Of a stretch of 64,000 bases of DNA, positions 17,180 through 24,881 are shown one piece after another; the first letter of the stretch is position 1, and every line of letters begins with the position of its first letter. The translations under genes and the position numbers were made by a program. A model generated the notes under the pieces. It was not told where the DNA came from, ran no database searches, and saw only the letters and a list, made by a program, of their open reading frames with translations. Source of the DNA: Lacunisphaera sp. (GTDB lineage: Bacteria > Verrucomicrobiota > Verrucomicrobiia > Opitutales > Opitutaceae); contig DASZPS010000071.1 in the NCBI GenBank assembly GCA_035549955.1, forward strand, positions 2,840 through 66,839, written 5' to 3'.

Positions 17180-18097
17180 ATGGTAAGCCCTGCGGACGAT
17201 GCCAAACGAAGCCGGGAGCTGGTTCACCAACTGCGGGAATCGGAAATCTTTCGCGATTATGAAAAGGCATTCCGCGACACCACGGGCCTGCCGCTGAACC
17301 TCCGGCCGATCGAGGCTTTCGACCTGCCGCATCACGGTGATCCGAACGAGAGTCCCTTTTGCGCGCTCATGGCGAAGACCAACCAGAGCTGCGCCGCCTG
17401 CCTGCAGTTGCAGCGCCGGGTCGAGGAGGAGGCCCGGCTGGAGCCGAAGACGCTGAAATGCTTCGCGGGTCTCTGCGACTCGGCCGTGCCGGTGCGGGTG
17501 GGGGAGAACCTGGTGGCGTTCCTGCAAACCGGCCAGATCCTGTTGCATGAGCCCAGCCGGCAGGAATTCAGGAAGGTCACGCGCGAGCTGATCAACTGGG
17601 GCGTCGATACCGACCTGAAGGGCATGGAAGAGGCGTATTTCCAGACCCGCGTGCTCGACCGGAAGCAGTACGAGGCCGTGCTGCGGCTGCTGATGATTTT
17701 TGCCCGGCACCTGTCCGCGCTCAGCAACGAGCTGATGGTGACGGCGCAGCAGTCCGAGTCCCCGATGATCAGCCGGGCCAAGATCTACATCATGGAGCAC
17801 CAGCACGAGGAGATGTCGCTCCGCCAGGTGGCGGGCTCGGTCAACACCAGCGCCTTTTATTTCTGCAAGATGTTCAAGAAGGCGACGGGCCTGACCTTCA
17901 CCGACTACCTGGCCCGCGTGCGCGTGGAGAAGGTGAAGAACCTGCTGCTCAACCCGCACAAGCGCATCAGCGAGGCCGCCTACGAGGCCGGCTTCCAGTC
18001 CCTTTCCCAATTCAACCGCGTGTTCCGCAAGGTCGCGGGCGAGGCACCCACGGTGTGGCGCGACAAGCTGCCCGGGCGGTCGTCAGCTGCGGTTTGA
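17180..18097 (+). CDS. AraC-family transcriptional regulator with N-terminal PocR-like sensory domain (paralog 2)
   Basis: It carries SEIFRDYEKAFRDTTGLPLNLRP...FCALMAKTNQSCAACLQL...CFAGLCDSAVPVRVG and an AraC HTH (FYFCKMFKKATGLTFTDYL...ISEAAYEAGFQSLSQFNRVF). ATG at 17180 is preferred over GTG at 17156. Confidence 0.85.
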   Translation: MVSPADDAKRSRELVHQLRESEIFRDYEKAFRDTTGLPLNLRPIEAFDLPHHGDPNESPFCALMAKTNQSCAACLQLQRRVEEEARLEPKTLKCFAGLCDSAVPVRVGENLVAFLQTGQILLHEPSRQEFRKVTRELINWGVDTDLKGMEEAYFQTRVLDRKQYEAVLRLLMIFARHLSALSNELMVTAQQSESPMISRAKIYIMEHQHEEMSLRQVAGSVNTSAFYFCKMFKKATGLTFTDYLARVRVEKVKNLLLNPHKRISEAAYEAGFQSLSQFNRVFRKVAGEAPTVWRDKLPGRSSAAV

Positions 18098-18535
18098 CGG
18101 ACCGGGTTTCGGGGCCAGGTCGCAGCAGCCGGGCACGCCCTTGTACTGGCAGACCGAGCACAGGGTCTCGATTTCCTGCTGGGCCAGGGACCGGAACAGC
18201 AGCAGGACGTCCTCGATTTCCTCCCCCACGATCGAGGCCGCCGTGGCGCGCACGGCCAGTTCGCCGGTGGTGTAGTACTTCAGCAACGGATTGAGACCAC
18301 AGGCGCAGTAGGCATGGATCGGGGCGGCCACCGGGGTGCAGCCATGGAGCCAGTTCTGCGCCGACCGGGCGGTGAGCCCGTTGAAAAGCTGGGTCAGCGT
18401 GGCATCCATCAGGAAGACCAGGGTGTCCGGGCGGCCGAGCGGCGTCAGGGCGGGTTCGCCACGCAGCAGCACCGACCACTCCGCCTTGATGGCAGGGCCG
18501 AGCGCCACTAGCTGCTGAAGGGTGGCGGGGGTCAC
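18083..18535 (-). CDS. Small Cys-pair protein, paralog 3 (uncharacterised family)
   Basis: Conserved blocks are IKAEWSVLLRGEPALTPLGRPDTLVFL..TLTQL, YCACGLNPLLKYY..GELAV and EIETLCSVCQY. The GTG start at 18535 was chosen by alignment to paralog 2; the ORF is open up to 18802. The 3' end overlaps the convergent AraC gene by 15 nt. Confidence 0.6.
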   Translation of the reverse strand: MTPATLQQLVALGPAIKAEWSVLLRGEPALTPLGRPDTLVFLMDATLTQLFNGLTARSAQNWLHGCTPVAAPIHAYCACGLNPLLKYYTTGELAVRATAASIVGEEIEDVLLLFRSLAQQEIETLCSVCQYKGVPGCCDLAPKPGPSNRS

Positions 18536-18733
18536 GCGCCCATAATGCCACAGGTGCTCCGCCGCCGCGCCGCAGGTGTTGCTGGGCCGTGCGCATATCT
18601 TGGGCAGGCCCGCCGCGGCGAAGACCGGGGGCGCCGGGGGTGAAGCCCGCGCTCCGCGCGGGCTGAACCTGCGCGGAGCGCAGGTTCCACCCGTCGTGCG
18701 CCCCGGCGCTACGCGGCATTGGACAACGCTCGC

Positions 18734-18758
18734 ATGGCTTGCGCCAAGGAATGCGCAG
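18734..18758. promoter_or_regulatory. 25-nt motif ATGGC-N6-CAAGGAATGCGCAG shared with the nirK upstream region
   Basis: 18 of 25 positions are identical to 477-501, including the contiguous AATGCGCAG. It lies 48 nt upstream of the ccoS ATG. A GATAAT hexamer sits at 18778-18783. Confidence 0.35.
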
Positions 18759-18805
18759 AGCCGCATTCGAAAATCCCGATAATCAGCGCGGACATTCTCC
18801 ACGCC

Positions 18806-19087
18806 ATGTCTGCGATACCACTAACGCTATTCTGCAGCCTGCTGCTAGCCGGCACATTTGTATTTCTCTTCGCGCGCGAACAGCGCCGCCGCTTTGGCAG
18901 CCCCGAGCGCGATTCGCTCCTGCCCCTGGCGGATGAGGTTCCGGTCGAAGGCGGCGGGCGCGTCCCGCAGGTACCACCCGGCCGCGACGAAACCGGCCCC
19001 GACGGTTGCGGCTGCCGCGACGGCGCGCGTCCGCCCTGCGCGGGCTGCCGGAAGCACCTCGGCGCCGCCACCCCTGGCCTGACCTGA
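18806..19087 (+). CDS. ccoS: cbb3 oxidase maturation protein CcoS/FixS-like
   Basis: The N-terminus MSAIPLTLFCSLLLAGTFVFLFAREQRRRFGSPERDSLLPLADE matches the CcoS layout (one TM helix, then F(D/G)..E....L.D). The ORF continues ~45 codons beyond the usual length, so the true stop or extent is uncertain. Confidence 0.6.
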   Translation: MSAIPLTLFCSLLLAGTFVFLFAREQRRRFGSPERDSLLPLADEVPVEGGGRVPQVPPGRDETGPDGCGCRDGARPPCAGCRKHLGAATPGLT

Positions 19088-19111
19088 CCCTATCCATATC
19101 CACGCCTTCCC

Positions 19112-21418
19112 ATGACGAACGGATCCAAGACCACCATCGAATTCAATGACGGCATCGTGCGGCAGTTCCTGCTCGCCGCCGTCCTCTGGGGCATCGTCGG
19201 CATGCTTGTCGGCGTGCTCATCGCCACCCAGCTCAACTTCTGGCAGGCCAACTTCGGCCAGTCCTGGCTGAGCTTCGGGCGCCTCCGTCCGCTCCACACC
19301 AACGCCGTCATCTTTGCCTTTGTCGGCAACATGATGTTCGCCGGCATCTATTACTCGACGCAGCGCCTGGTGAAAGCGCGTCTGGCGAGCGACTTTCTGT
19401 CGAACCTCCACTTCTGGGGCTGGCAGCTCATCATCGTGTCCGCGGCCATCACCCTCCCGCTGGGCCTCACCCGCGGCAAGGAATACGCGGAGCTCATCTG
19501 GCCCATCAACATCGCCGTCGCCTTCATCTGGGTGGTGTTCGCGGTGAACTTCTTCTGGACGCTCGCCCGCCGCAACGAGAAGTCCCTCTACGTCGCCGTC
19601 TGGTTCTACATCGCGACGATCATCACGGTCGCGATGCTCTACATCGTCAACCACCTGTCCATTCCGACTTCGCTGACGCACAGCTACCCGGTGTTCGGTG
19701 GCGTGCAGGATGGCCTGGTCCAGTGGTGGTACGGGCACAACGCCGTGGCGTTTTTCCTGACCACGCCGATTTTGGGCATCATGTACTACTTCCTGCCGAA
19801 GGCGGCGGAGCGGCCGGTCTACTCGTACCGGCTGTCGGTGGTCCACTTCTGGTCGCTGGTGTTCCTCTACATCTGGGCCGGCCCGCACCACCTGCTCAAC
19901 ACCGCGCTGCCCGCCTGGCTGCAACTCCTCGGCATGACCTTCTCGCTCATGCTGTGGGCACCGTCGTGGGGCGGCATGCTCAACGGCCTGCTCACGCTCC
20001 GCGGCGCCTGGGGCAAACTCCGGACCGACCCGGTCATCAAGTTCTTCGCCGCCGGCGTCACGTACTACGGCATGGCGACGTTTGAGGGCCCCCTGCTCTC
20101 GATCCGCTCCGTCAACGCGCTCGCGCACTACACCGACTGGATCATCGGGCACGTCCACGCCGGCGCGCTGGGGTGGAACGGCTTCATGGCGGCCGGCATG
20201 TTCTATTGGCTGGTCCCGCGCCTGTGGAACAAGCCCCTTTACTCCCAGTCGCTCGCCAACCTGCACTTCTGGATCGGGATGTTCGGCATCCTGCTTTACG
20301 TCGCGGCCATGTGGGCCTCGGGCATCGGCCAGGGCCTGATGCTCAACGCCACCGCCGAAAGCGGCACCATCCTGAAGTACCCGAACTTCCTGGAGACGGT
20401 GAATTCGATCCGGCCGCTCATGCTTCTCCGCGTGGTCGGGGGCGCGCTCTACCTGACCGGCTTCGTGCTCATGGCTTACAACATCCTCCGCAGCATCCGC
20501 GGCGCCAAGACCGTGAATGGCACGATCGAGGTCCATGTCGAGGCGCCCGCTGCGGACGAGCAGCTCGGGGCCGGGGCCACGATCTTCAACGCCCCGGTCG
20601 TGTTCTGCACGCTGGGCTTCATCGCCGCCTGCGTGTGGATGTTCGCGGATGGCTGGCTGAACCTATTCGGCCTGGTCGCGACGATCTTCTGCGTGCTGCT
20701 GGCCATCGGCCACTTCCAGTCGCGCGGCAAGGCCTGGGGCGACTGGTACGACAAGCTCCTCCTGAACGCCCTGCCGTTCACGGTCCTCACCTTCCTGTCC
20801 GTGGCCGTCGGCGGGCTCATCCAGATCATCCCGATGCTGACGATCGAGCGCCGGCTGCAGACCGAGGACCGCGTGGCGAAGGTCTACACGCCGCTCGAAC
20901 TGGCCGGCCGCGACCTCTATGTCCGCGAAGGTTGCTACACCTGCCACTCGCAGATGATCCGCACGCTGGTGCCGGACGTCATGCGCTACGGCGACTACTC
21001 GCGCCTCGGCGAATCCATCTGGGACCATCCCTACCAGTGGGGTTCGAAGCGCAACGGGCCCGACCTTGCCCGCGTCGGGGGCAAATATAACGACGCCTGG
21101 CATTTCGACCATATGCGCGACCCGCGGGCCATTTCGACGGGTTCCAACATGCCGGCCTACTACTGGCTGCACGAAAACAACACCGATTACGCGGCCCTCC
21201 CGGCGAAGATCCGCGTGCAGCGCACGCTCGGCGTCCCGTTTCCCAACTGGTCGCCGGCCGAAATCGATGCGCTCGCGAAAGTCCAGGCGAAACAAATCGC
21301 CCGGGACCTGCGCGACCAGGGCCGCTACACCGACGCCGACAAGGAGATCGTGGCCCTCACCGCTTACCTGCAGTCGCTGGGCAAGAAGTGGGAGGCGACG
21401 GGCACCGCTGCGCGGTGA
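19112..21418 (+). CDS. ccoNO: cbb3-type cytochrome c oxidase, fused subunits I and II (CcoN-CcoO)
   Basis: 768 aa. The N-terminal ~470 aa are haem-copper oxidase subunit I (HTNAVIFAFVGN, WYGHNAVAFFLT, HFWSLVFLYIWAGPHH, GHVHAGALGWNG). The C-terminal part is CcoO (CYTCHSQMIR, WGSKRNGPDLARVGGKY, HFDHMRDPR). Confidence 0.93.
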   Translation: MTNGSKTTIEFNDGIVRQFLLAAVLWGIVGMLVGVLIATQLNFWQANFGQSWLSFGRLRPLHTNAVIFAFVGNMMFAGIYYSTQRLVKARLASDFLSNLHFWGWQLIIVSAAITLPLGLTRGKEYAELIWPINIAVAFIWVVFAVNFFWTLARRNEKSLYVAVWFYIATIITVAMLYIVNHLSIPTSLTHSYPVFGGVQDGLVQWWYGHNAVAFFLTTPILGIMYYFLPKAAERPVYSYRLSVVHFWSLVFLYIWAGPHHLLNTALPAWLQLLGMTFSLMLWAPSWGGMLNGLLTLRGAWGKLRTDPVIKFFAAGVTYYGMATFEGPLLSIRSVNALAHYTDWIIGHVHAGALGWNGFMAAGMFYWLVPRLWNKPLYSQSLANLHFWIGMFGILLYVAAMWASGIGQGLMLNATAESGTILKYPNFLETVNSIRPLMLLRVVGGALYLTGFVLMAYNILRSIRGAKTVNGTIEVHVEAPAADEQLGAGATIFNAPVVFCTLGFIAACVWMFADGWLNLFGLVATIFCVLLAIGHFQSRGKAWGDWYDKLLLNALPFTVLTFLSVAVGGLIQIIPMLTIERRLQTEDRVAKVYTPLELAGRDLYVREGCYTCHSQMIRTLVPDVMRYGDYSRLGESIWDHPYQWGSKRNGPDLARVGGKYNDAWHFDHMRDPRAISTGSNMPAYYWLHENNTDYAALPAKIRVQRTLGVPFPNWSPAEIDALAKVQAKQIARDLRDQGRYTDADKEIVALTAYLQSLGKKWEATGTAAR

Positions 21419-21422
21419 AATC

Positions 21423-21452
21423 CCAAACGCCAAACGTCCAAACGCCAAACAA
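21423..21452. repeat. Short tandem CCAAACG-type heptamer repeats (about 4 units) in the ccoNO/ccoQ-like spacer
   Basis: The sequence is CCAAACG CCAAACGT CCAAACG CCAAACA. It is followed by AACCCAGAACCCAGACCC. Confidence 0.7.
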
Positions 21453-21496
21453 TCCCCTACCCGGATCCTAAAACCCAGAACCCAGACCCTAATCCC

Positions 21497-21655
21497 ATGT
21501 TTCGCCGCATCATCTACGAAGACTGGCAGTTGATTTTTCCCGTCGTGGCGCTGGCCGTGGCGTCGCTCGTTTACCTCGCCGCCGCGTGGCGCGCGGCGCG
21601 CATGAAACCCGCCCAGGCCGATCGGCTCTCCCGCCTGCCCTTGGAACACGACTGA
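21497..21655 (+). CDS. Small single-TM protein in the CcoQ position (CcoQ/FixQ-like)
   Basis: 52 codons (MFRRIIYEDWQLIFPVVALAVASLVYLAAAWRAARMKPAQADRLSRLPLEHD). It is absent from the ORF track because of its size. It has one hydrophobic helix and lies between ccoNO and ccoP. Confidence 0.5.
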   Translation: MFRRIIYEDWQLIFPVVALAVASLVYLAAAWRAARMKPAQADRLSRLPLEHD

Positions 21656-21731
21656 ACCGGGTGGGCGTCGGTTTCCACCGCGACGCCTGTCGCCGCCGTG
21701 GCAAGCGGCGCCCCCATTTACCTTCCGCCGC

Positions 21732-22322
21732 ATGAATTCCACTCCCACCCAACCGCCGACCAGCGATCCAGATATTCCGGTCCGTCCGCACACTTACGAC
21801 GGCATCCAGGAATACGACCAGCGCCTGCCGAACTGGTGGCTCTACACGCTCTACGGGACCATCGCCTTCTGGGCCGTATTCTGGTTCGCCTACATGATCG
21901 CCCGGGTGCCGGCCACCAACGAGGCGCTCGTGGAGTCCCGCATGGCCGAGATCGCCGCCGTCAAGCTCGCGACCTCGCTCGACGTGACCAACGACGCGCT
22001 CTTCTGGGAAATGAGCCGCAACCCGGTGTTCGTCGACGCAGGCAAGCAGACTTTCAACTCCCTTTGCGTCGCCTGTCACCTGCCGACGCTTCGGGGCAAG
22101 AGCGAGAATCCCGCGGCCGTCGGGCCGGACCTGACGGACCAGTCCTGGATTCACGGGGGCACCCCGAAGGAGGTTTACGCCACGGTTTCAAAGGGCGTGC
22201 TCGCCAAGGGCATGCCGACCTGGGAACCGGTGCTTGGCCAGAAGAAGACCGCCGAGGTCGTCGCCTACGTCCTGTCCCATCACCAAAAGGGTGAGCCGGT
22301 GACGGTGGAGGTCCCCAAGTGA
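21732..22322 (+). CDS. ccoP: cbb3 oxidase subunit III (CcoP/FixP), apparently mono-haem
   Basis: It has the FixP N-terminal motif (HTYDGIQEYDQRLPNWW) plus a TM helix. Only one CxxCH is visible (CVACH). Confidence 0.85.
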   Translation: MNSTPTQPPTSDPDIPVRPHTYDGIQEYDQRLPNWWLYTLYGTIAFWAVFWFAYMIARVPATNEALVESRMAEIAAVKLATSLDVTNDALFWEMSRNPVFVDAGKQTFNSLCVACHLPTLRGKSENPAAVGPDLTDQSWIHGGTPKEVYATVSKGVLAKGMPTWEPVLGQKKTAEVVAYVLSHHQKGEPVTVEVPK

Positions 22323-23947
22323 AATCAACCGGGGTCCTTGACCCCGGGCCGGACCCAGCGACGCCGGCTGCCACCCGCCCGCTCGAACCACGCATGGGCA
22401 ACGAACTGACAGTCCCACCCAAGGCCGAAAATCCCAAGGCGAAAGCGGCGAAGGCCCGGCGGCCCTCGCTTGAGTCCGTCACGACCATCGCGGCCGACGG
22501 ATCGCGGCGCGATTTGCATCCTTCGGACGTGCGCGGGCCGTTCATGTCGGCCCGGCGCTGGAGCGGGTGGGGCCTCATTGCCTTCTACCTGGTGCTCCCG
22601 TGGATCCCCGTGAACGGCTATCCCGCGGTGTTTCTGGACATCGCCGAGGGACGGTTCCACTTCTTCGGCTACACGCTGGCGCCCCAGGACACCTGGCTGC
22701 TGTTCTTCGCGGTCTCCGGGCTCGGCTTCACGCTGTTCTTTGTCACGGCGCTCATTGGCCGCGTGTGGTGCGGCTGGGCCTGCCCCCAGACCGTGTACCT
22801 CGAGCACGTTTACCGCGTGATCGAGCGCTGGGTCGACGGCGACGGGCCGGCGCGGCGGGCGCTGGCGGCCGCACCCCTCACGGCCGCCAAGGCGGCCCGG
22901 CGCGTGGCCAAGCACAGCCTCTACGTCGTGGCCTCGTTGCTGATAACGCACCTTTTCCTGAGCTATTTCGTGAGCCTGCCGGAGGTTTGGCACATGATGC
23001 GCTCGGCGCCGCGGGAACATTGGGCGCCCTTTGTCTTCGTCTTCGCCAGTGCCGGTCTGCTCTACTTCAACTTCGCCTGGTTCCGCGAGCAGCTGTGCAT
23101 CATGATTTGTCCCTACGGCCGGCTGCAGTCGGCGCTGACGGACGATCATTCCGTGGTGATCGGCTACGACGCGAAGCGGGGCGAGCCGCGGGGCAGGATT
23201 CATCGCGAGGTAGGGGCGCAGTTTCGCTGCGCCCAAGGAGCAACGAAGTCCGAAAGGGCGCAGCAAGACTGCGCCCCTACCACCGAGGCGCTTGGCGCTT
23301 GCATCGATTGCAGCCGTTGCGTGCAAGTCTGCCCCACGGGCATCGACATCCGCCAGGGCCTGCAACTCGAATGCATCGGTTGCGCCGCCTGCATCGATGC
23401 GTGCGACGAGGTCATGACGCGCGTCGGGCGGCCGAAGGGTCTGATCCGCTACGATTCGCTGGCGCGTTTCGCCGGCGGGCGCACGCGGTGGATCCGGCCG
23501 CGCACGATCGTCTATTTTGTCCTGCTGCTGGTGGGCGTGGCGGTCGCAACCTTCGCCTTTTCGCGGGTCAAGCCGGCCAGCTTCCTCGTCTACCGCATGA
23601 CCGGCGCCGCCTATTTCGTGGACCGGAACGACGTGCGCAACCAGTTCATGGTTCGCCTCGTGAACAAGCTTTCCCGTCCGGCCGAGCTCGCGGTCGCTAC
23701 CACCGGCGTGCCGGCGGGCGTGAAGCTGACGGGATTCGACGCGCCGGTGATCATCCCGGCGCTGGGCGAGCAGGTCAGCCCGCTGGTGCTGACCGTCGAC
23801 CGCAAGACTTACGCCGGGCCGTTCCACTTCACCGTCGTGGTGCGGGATACCGCCGGCACGTACCAACTGTCCCGGGCCGTCGAGTTCATGGGCCCGGAAC
23901 CGAAGCTGCTCGAGGAGGAGGATCGTGAAAACGGCATCAAGCGTTGA
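22319..23947 (+). CDS. ccoG: cbb3 oxidase accessory protein CcoG (membrane 4Fe-4S ferredoxin)
   Basis: It carries WCGWACPQT and two ferredoxin Cys motifs (CIDCSRCVQVCPTGIDIRQG, CIGCAACIDACDEVM), followed by a C-terminal beta domain. GTG at 22319 overlaps the ccoP stop; ATG at 22394 is an alternative start. A REP-like insert lies at 23210-23280. Confidence 0.9.
   Translation: MKSTGVLDPGPDPATPAATRPLEPRMGNELTVPPKAENPKAKAAKARRPSLESVTTIAADGSRRDLHPSDVRGPFMSARRWSGWGLIAFYLVLPWIPVNGYPAVFLDIAEGRFHFFGYTLAPQDTWLLFFAVSGLGFTLFFVTALIGRVWCGWACPQTVYLEHVYRVIERWVDGDGPARRALAAAPLTAAKAARRVAKHSLYVVASLLITHLFLSYFVSLPEVWHMMRSAPREHWAPFVFVFASAGLLYFNFAWFREQLCIMICPYGRLQSALTDDHSVVIGYDAKRGEPRGRIHREVGAQFRCAQGATKSERAQQDCAPTTEALGACIDCSRCVQVCPTGIDIRQGLQLECIGCAACIDACDEVMTRVGRPKGLIRYDSLARFAGGRTRWIRPRTIVYFVLLLVGVAVATFAFSRVKPASFLVYRMTGAAYFVDRNDVRNQFMVRLVNKLSRPAELAVATTGVPAGVKLTGFDAPVIIPALGEQVSPLVLTVDRKTYAGPFHFTVVVRDTAGTYQLSRAVEFMGPEPKLLEEEDRENGIKR
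23210..23280. repeat. REP-like hairpin-pair element (family R) inside the ccoG reading frame
   Basis: The element reads GTAGGGGCGCAG-tttcg-CTGCGCCC ... GGGCGCAG-caaga-CTGCGCCCCTAC. It is translated in frame as ~EVGAQFRCAQGATKSERAQQDCAPTT, in the linker between the RGEPRG and CIDC motifs. Confidence 0.8.
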
Positions 23948-24182
23948 GGGGATGCCCGCCGATCCATGTAGGGTTGCCGCTTGCGGCGACCTGGGGGAAT
24001 CGCATGCGAGGTCGGCGCAAGCGCCGACCCTACAAAAGGCGACTGGCGCGACGTGGTCCCTCTGGGTTTGGGTCCTCGCCGGCTTCCTGTTGTTGGTCGC
24101 GGCTTGGGGCGCGATGTTCACCGCGGCCCATGCCGCGAAAGTCGAATCGGTGCCGCTGGCAACCAAGGGGGCCCAGCCATGA
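23925..24182 (+). CDS. Small single-TM protein downstream of ccoG (FixH-position; start uncertain)
   Basis: It has a TM helix (WSLWVWVLAGFLLLVAAWGAMF). Its stop overlaps the next ATG (ATGA at 24179-24182). The only in-frame ATG (23925) places a REP element (23967-24034) inside the N-terminus. Confidence 0.4.
   Translation: MKTASSVEGMPADPCRVAACGDLGESHARSAQAPTLQKATGATWSLWVWVLAGFLLLVAAWGAMFTAAHAAKVESVPLATKGAQP
23967..24034. repeat. REP-like hairpin-pair element (family R)
   Basis: TGTAGGGTTGCCGC-ttgc-GGCGACC ... GGTCGGCGC-aa-GCGCCGACCCTACA. The terminal arms TGTAGGGT/ACCCTACA are inverted. Confidence 0.8.
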
Positions 24183-24880
24183 CGGCCGAACTTTCCGCCA
24201 TCACCGGGCCCGGCACGGCCCTCCTTGCGGGGCTCGTGACCAGCCTGCATTGCGTCGGCATGTGCGGCCCGCTGGCCTGTGCACTGATGCCGGCGCGGGC
24301 GGGTGATGCCGATTCCCACACGGTGAGCACGGTCTATCACCTGTGCCGGCTCGGCGGCTACAGCCTGCTCGGGGCGCTGGCGGGCGGGATTGGCCGCCTG
24401 CCGCTCACGCTGCTCGGCTCGGATGCGCTGCGCTACCTGCCCTGGTTGCTCGTGCTGTTTTTCGTGGCGGTCGCGGTGCGTTTCGACCAGCGCCTGCCCC
24501 GCCTCCCGCTGCTCGGGCGCGCCTATGGTGCGGTGGCGGCGCGGCTCCGCGGCGGTTCTAGGGTGCGGGCGGCCGCGCTGCTCGGCGTGGCCACGCCGCT
24601 GCTGCCCTGCGGCCCACTCTATTTTCTCGTGTCGCTGGCGATGCTATCCGGCTCGGCCCAACGTGGGGCGGAGACCTTGTTCGCGTTCGGCCTCGGGACG
24701 GTGCCGCTGCTCTGGCTCGCCCAGGTGAATTTCCATTTCATCCGCGTACGGCTCGGCCCGGTCTGGCTGGCGCGCACGCAGACCATCCTGGCGCTGGTCG
24801 TGGCGGCGGTCCTCGTGTGGCGGCTGCGCGGGACGCTCGGCTGGGGCGGGCCGGGGGCGGGGGACTTTGTGTGCTTCTGA
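24179..24880 (+). CDS. TauE/SafE-like (COG2836-type) membrane protein with HCxxMCGP motif
   Basis: 233 aa and polytopic. The SLHCVGMCGPLA motif and a second PLLPCGPLY motif are typical of the family found in cbb3/Cu-ATPase clusters. Confidence 0.6.
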   Translation: MTAELSAITGPGTALLAGLVTSLHCVGMCGPLACALMPARAGDADSHTVSTVYHLCRLGGYSLLGALAGGIGRLPLTLLGSDALRYLPWLLVLFFVAVAVRFDQRLPRLPLLGRAYGAVAARLRGGSRVRAAALLGVATPLLPCGPLYFLVSLAMLSGSAQRGAETLFAFGLGTVPLLWLAQVNFHFIRVRLGPVWLARTQTILALVVAAVLVWRLRGTLGWGGPGAGDFVCF

Positions 24881-24881
24881 C

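Noticed and set aside
18734-18753. Sigma-54 (-24/-12) promoter reading of TGGC...TGC in the cco and nirK upstream motifs
   Set aside because: The GG-to-GC spacing is 17 nt rather than the required ~12. There is no TTGC at -12, and no enhancer-binding protein is encoded in the window.
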